From contig JABANN010000019.1 of the NCBI GenBank assembly GCA_013115125.1, forward strand, positions 1-64,000: a stretch of DNA of 64,000 nucleotides. Direction: 5' to 3'. The translations under genes were made by a program, and so were the position numbers. Origin of the DNA: Perkinsus olseni. Taxonomy: Eukaryota. Positions 59,087-64,000 of the stretch are shown here, in pieces; position 1 is the stretch's first letter, and every line of letters starts with the position of its first letter. The notes under the pieces were generated by a model, which worked only from the letters and a program-made list of their open reading frames with translations, ran no database searches and had not been told where the DNA came from.

Positions 59087-60256
59087 CTAATACCGGCCTC
59101 GCCGTCTCGTAACGTCGAACCCGCACGGATCTTTAGAACGCAACAGCGATACAGTGGTGCGAATAAACGGGTACACTCGCATGTCTGCAATCACGGACGT
59201 TCGGTAAGAAATCAACATGTAGGTAGCTTTTCTGGAGGAATGCGATAGGGAGTTCAAGATGCATGACATGCACACGGAAGACACGATGATGCACATAATT
59301 ACGAACGTTGCGATCACTTCGTGTAACTTCCTCAGGCGAGCCAAGAGAGGAGTGACAGAAGGTAAACCAAACGACACCTGCACTTACAGCAGGACAATGT
59401 ACATTTCTTGAGAGTTGCGCTCGCATCAAGAACTAGCATCGACTGCTAGAGCTCGAGTTACACCTAAAATGGCACTCACCTCAGATTTGAGCAACAGCCG
59501 CTACAACCCAATAGTAAGTTACCTCTGAGCCTGCGAACGCAGAACGGGTCTTATGGACGCCTGAGGGGAGCGGGAAAAGGTGAACACGCAGATCACTGTG
59601 AGCGACACGCGGATCAGCCCGTCCCAAGATGCGGGCTGGACTGCACACCTGCCTTTCAATAAGTTGTAGGTGGTCTCTATTTGGGGCGGAGGCAGAACGC
59701 AAGTGCTCATAATCGACGTTCTGATAGCACGAAATTGGGATCGGCGGAAGATGCGTCCGCAACGGATACCTTATTAAGCTGTCGAGTTTCTCTCTCCTCG
59801 TCGAGGCAAAAGATAACCCCGGGAATTTGCCCCTTCGACACGTCAGTTGCCTCATGCGACTCCAACCCACCCGTGAAGGTGAACGTCACTCCGCCCTGCC
59901 GCAAGCGAAACCGAATGGGAAATTGTTCGCCAAAAAAATTGGTCAAATCCACCGAATCGCAGAATGGAAATGAACAGAGAGTGACAGTGTGCCCTACCTC
60001 GGTGACAAACCGTTCACCTGCGCTTCCGCTCGCTAGAGAGATGCAATTAGACTCGTCCTGAAATGAGCGACTCGGGAAGATTCGCGATAGAAATGCCCGA
60101 GCCAGGGGACACCCATTTTACACTTATTGGATACTCCACGTTCAACGTGTACCAAGTGTTCTCAAGGATCGCGACAGGTTTCTTCAAAAGTAAGTTCTTG
60201 GTCGGCTTCAACTTAGATTTACTTCTGCCCAGTGACGCTGAGATGAGCATACGCAA
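59087..60256 (-). CDS. Hypothetical protein, possibly a p24/GOLD-like single-pass membrane protein
   Basis: A beta-rich exon ends in IFCLD, followed by a helical segment and a C-terminal hydrophobic stretch VIATFVIMCIIVSSVCM. Splicing is not fully resolved. Confidence 0.35.
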
Positions 60257-61336
60257 CGTAATCTTGAATTCCGCCGAACTCCCGGCACGCCGCTATCCGA
60301 TTCGGCGAGAGCTCACTTCTGCCCTTAGATAGAACACGCCCAATAACGCCAGTGCCCTCCACGAACGTGAATGCCACGGGAACCTACCACGGCTTCAAAA
60401 GGACGAGACACGAAGGGACGGTTGGTGATCACCCACCTTGCTCGTGCGGCTTGTGAACATCTCGAAGCCAATAATAGACACCGGAAAGTTAGTTTGAAAA
60501 GAAACAGAGTGATTCCTGAGTTCACAATTCGCCATCGCGGCCCTATCAAAATCGCCAAGCATTCCCGCATTTCGAAAAAAACGCTTCCGAGCAACGTGCG
60601 AAGAGAACGAGGCGCATAGTGCTGCGAGGCCGACGCGCATGCTCCAAGTTAACGCTTGATCTTACTCTCTGCCTTCCTCCAACGACAAGCCATCGAATCG
60701 CACGGGACCCGAGAATCTGAGAGGTACCCCGCGGCGGCTGTCAGTTACCAAGGAGCACGCCACCTTCTGGCAATCAGAACCTCGTCACCCAGCTCGGAGC
60801 AGCAAGATTGGCCGCATAGCCGCGACATGCATATAGCATGCTTGGAAGGCCCTCGCCGGCTGAGCAAGAGAGACTCAACGGAAGCCCGATGCTCCCCAGG
60901 CAAATTCATATCGGCGACCCTTGCCGTAGAGAGTGCGATCTCCTATCTCGCCACGATTGACCCCGACGCTGGCTATCCCGCCAACGGTTAATACCTATTG
61001 CGTTTCTCTTGTGCGTAGGAAAACGTATCAGACATTGTGATCACACCAAGGCAACTGAAGACGGCCGAGCAAAGGCAAACGAATGATTCTTCCTCTATGC
61101 TCAGAGCGGATGAAAGGGCGTGCACTACTTCTGTAAAGACCAGGAGAGTCATCGTTCTTGGAGCCTTTCAAAAGAGGCACCGGAGCAGTGCGAAACAGTT
61201 GAGGCCCAGGAATTGAGGAACCCCAAGTGAAGCCAAGAATGCAAGGTCCAAGGGTGGTGATCATCATCGTGCTTGCGTTGCCATTCGTGTTCATCTCGGA
61301 AATTTACCCGAAAAATTTGCAGTAGCATTTTCATTC

Positions 61337-63547
61337 ATGAGCCAGATGCAATCAGCAGCAGACCCGTTGGACGATCCAGAGGATTCGATGTAGTATCGCT
61401 CGCGAACTAGCGACTTTATACGCTTACAATCTCGCCACGTGTCGGGAGGACCTTCGAGATGTCAACGACTGATTTCACTCAGGTCCAAGTTACACGGCAA
61501 GGAAGACTTCAAGAAATTGGCGAAAACCGTCTCTCAGTATAGTTGGAACGTGTTCAGATATATTGGTAAGCACGTCACTCGATATCGCCCTTTCTTCGTG
61601 ATTGGCGTTAATTTGTTTATAATTGGTGTGAGTTGGCCGCTTCGCGCGCGCACTCGGAGCTCACACCCACTCGCTACAAACTGTCTCTCATGATTTGGAA
61701 CATGTCTTCTCGTGTTACCCTTGAGCGGCTAGTTGGCGTTGGGCTGAATTACAAAACACTAAGTAGGAGTTAGTGTCAAAGCGCGATGCGGGCCTTCAGG
61801 TGACTACCTCCATCTATTCGGCATCATAGTACTCTGCATCACCCTATACAAGAACAAGTCGTGTAAAGGTCTCAGTTACGGCACACAAATTCTGTAATAA
61901 GAGGATTGGGGATGCATTTATAATATGTTCGACTTTCACTCGGCTTCAGGTACTTGACGACATTCGTATGCCGATATCTGGATCTGTTCGAGCGCAACCA
62001 AAGAGCTTACCTGGTCCTTTTCAAGATTACGTGATACCGGGCTTGGCGTTAAACGGACTACGATGTTTTCGAGTGTCCAATTTTGTGAAATTCATCTAAT
62101 CTGCGCTTGGCTCGAAATGACTCTTTTCATCTTTGCTGGTAGGGGAACTCCTCCGCACACATCTTGGAAAAACAGGAATCTCATCGTTCCTAGTTGTCTG
62201 GCGGGCCCTTACCTCGTTCGCGGTCAACTTTTCCTGCATATAAGTCAGAGGATTGACTCAGCATTGCCTTCGTTACCGGCACATGGATATACACAAGCTT
62301 CCTTGAGATCCTTCGTTGAGAAGTCGCGGAAAACGTATCGCAGAAGACTGCAGGGGCGATTTTCTCACACGGCGTTGACGAGCCATTGGGTCGGTTCTCA
62401 GGTGGTCTTTGATTCAGGTACGTAGCGAGCTCTGCAATCATTTGCTACATCTTCAGAATTTGGCACAGCACTTGGGAACGCAGCAAGGACACGTGCAATT
62501 TGATCGTTATAATCTCTCTGGTGGGCAGCTCGAGTTTATTACGTACCGCTTGACAGCGCACGTTTTCATTTAGTGCGCAATTCTAGCTCTCCTCACCACG
62601 AAGAGCTTCACGGTGCTTGAGATTCTCTGGACATTCTCACAGCTGCTTGAAGGATTCGCTATGGTAACTGGAAGGTTGGGAAATGGTTTTTGTGCTCTTT
62701 CGCTGTGTACGAAGTTGGCTCTCGGTACCTTTTTAAGTGGCTGCTATCTCCAACGACTCTTGCGTCGTTACAGGTCGCTGTCGCAGGTTCCTCAATATGT
62801 CTTCTCCTACAGGGACAAGGGAAATAACGACCGCGGTGTCAGTAAGTACGGCGTAGTGTACAGTCCCACTGTCGCTATTGTCAACTTCGCCAAGGACTTA
62901 GAGGATAATCTTAGAGTCTTCTGCTACTGACCTCGCGCGGCATCTGTAGCTCTCATCCTGGATGTGCTTCTACGCTACCATTGAACGGTGTTCTCCGCTC
63001 CAGCTGGCCGTGTCACGCCCAGCACGGCAACAGCGTCAGTTCAACTGACTCAGTTGATGCCCTCAGGTACTTTCATTCTCTGTGTTGGTGGATACAGAGT
63101 GTTTTACGCGTTCAATTGGATGTACAAAAAGATTAATCTGGGACGGCACTATTCAGATCTCAACTCGTGGCTGGGTGGACTCATTGAGATCATGTTTTTC
63201 CTCGACTATATCACGTAGGTGTCAGAGCTCCAGGAAACACCTTTTCCGGGTTCTTTGTTGCTCTAGGTGACGTGGGATGTCCCGCTGATCAGATATCGCT
63301 TCAAGGGCGTCTCTTGCCTCCGTACGATGGTTCTGGCTGTAGACCAGAAAATCAACGATATATCGGAGAAAGTGGAGATGAAAGTCATGGGAAGCAGCTC
63401 CAGCTATGGTAAGTCTCAGCGGCGTTTCGATCCCTTGTCAATATCATACCACTGTCAGACGGGCTGTCTACAACTGACGGTACGGTGAGGCGAAGGAAGG
63501 GCGGCGCAGCAGCAGAGGCTGACGAGCAGGCCATGCTTGAGGTCTGA
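61337..63547 (+). CDS. ERD2: ER lumen protein-retaining receptor (ERD2/KDEL receptor-like), multi-exon
   Basis: WNVFRYI|GDYLHL, KSCKGLSYGTQILY, FVCRYLDLF, EILWTFSQLLEGFAM|VPQ and GGYRVFYAFNW. Confidence 0.88.
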
Positions 63548-63637
63548 GTTCACGAACCGTGGATTATGAGAGTTAAGGTGTCGAAGCACGATTGAGACAC
63601 TCAGTGAACACGGATCCTTGTTCTTGAGTTCTGGGAG

Positions 63638-64000
63638 TTATAGACATAAGGCCTTACTTCTGCTACTTAGAGACATCATGATGCTGCTAAATATGTCGAA
63701 TACCCCCCGAAGCTCGCGACCTTCAGCACTATTAGAGCTGAAACCGCGACGCAGTTGTCGCTTGTCCCGTTTTGCGTTCCACCGAAAACTCATTGAATTC
63801 GTCGTCACTGGTGAACTCGTCAAGTAGCATCGTCGAGCGAGTCGCTCGGAGCGACTTTGTCTCACAGAGATAAATCTCAATCATTCATCTCCGAAACAGC
63901 TCTAACCCCGGCGAAGTGAAGTTCAGATGGCGACTGTCGTAGAGGCTCGGGAGGCGACTCGTCTCCACTGTGGATCTCCTGCCAATGCTACAACTCGTTT
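63638..64000 (-). CDS. Possible 3' end of a gene running off the window
   Basis: An open frame ends at 63638, convergent with the ERD2-like gene. No domain recognised. Confidence 0.25.

Noticed and set aside
60325-61334. Several short ORFs on both strands
   Set aside because: No recognisable domain or coherent splice model; treated as intergenic or unresolved.

Overview
This is a gene-dense eukaryotic window with many short (about 30-200 nt) GT-AG and occasional GC-AG introns. The style resembles a Perkinsus-like myzozoan alveolate, which is my inference and not a database result. Housekeeping genes reconstructed from exon fragments are: a Sen1-like SF1B helicase, a LIS1-like WD40 protein, an ETNPPL-like class-III aminotransferase, a RanBP2 zinc-finger protein, an AGFG-type ArfGAP, NSA2, IFT54 (with a tRNA-Asn gene inside an intron), Pus7/TruD, an NBR1-FW-domain protein, a probable mitochondrial membrane protein, a multi-domain adenylate kinase, a membrane-anchored purple acid phosphatase, an ARM/pseudo-calpain protein, TTC4/Cns1, a two-RRM protein and an ERD2-like receptor. 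The most unusual part is 28.0-39.0 kb. It holds a carnosine-synthase-like ATP-grasp ligase converging on an apparent single-chain tandem fusion of two group-II PLP decarboxylase domains. One domain lacks the PLP lysine. The other has the His192-to-Asn aldehyde-synthase-type change, but also a stop codon, a frameshift and an internal deletion. Directly upstream is an intronless, bacterial-type fusion of a degenerate formyltransferase fold to a perosamine-synthase-like sugar aminotransferase. Gene ends were inferred by manual splicing and are approximate.
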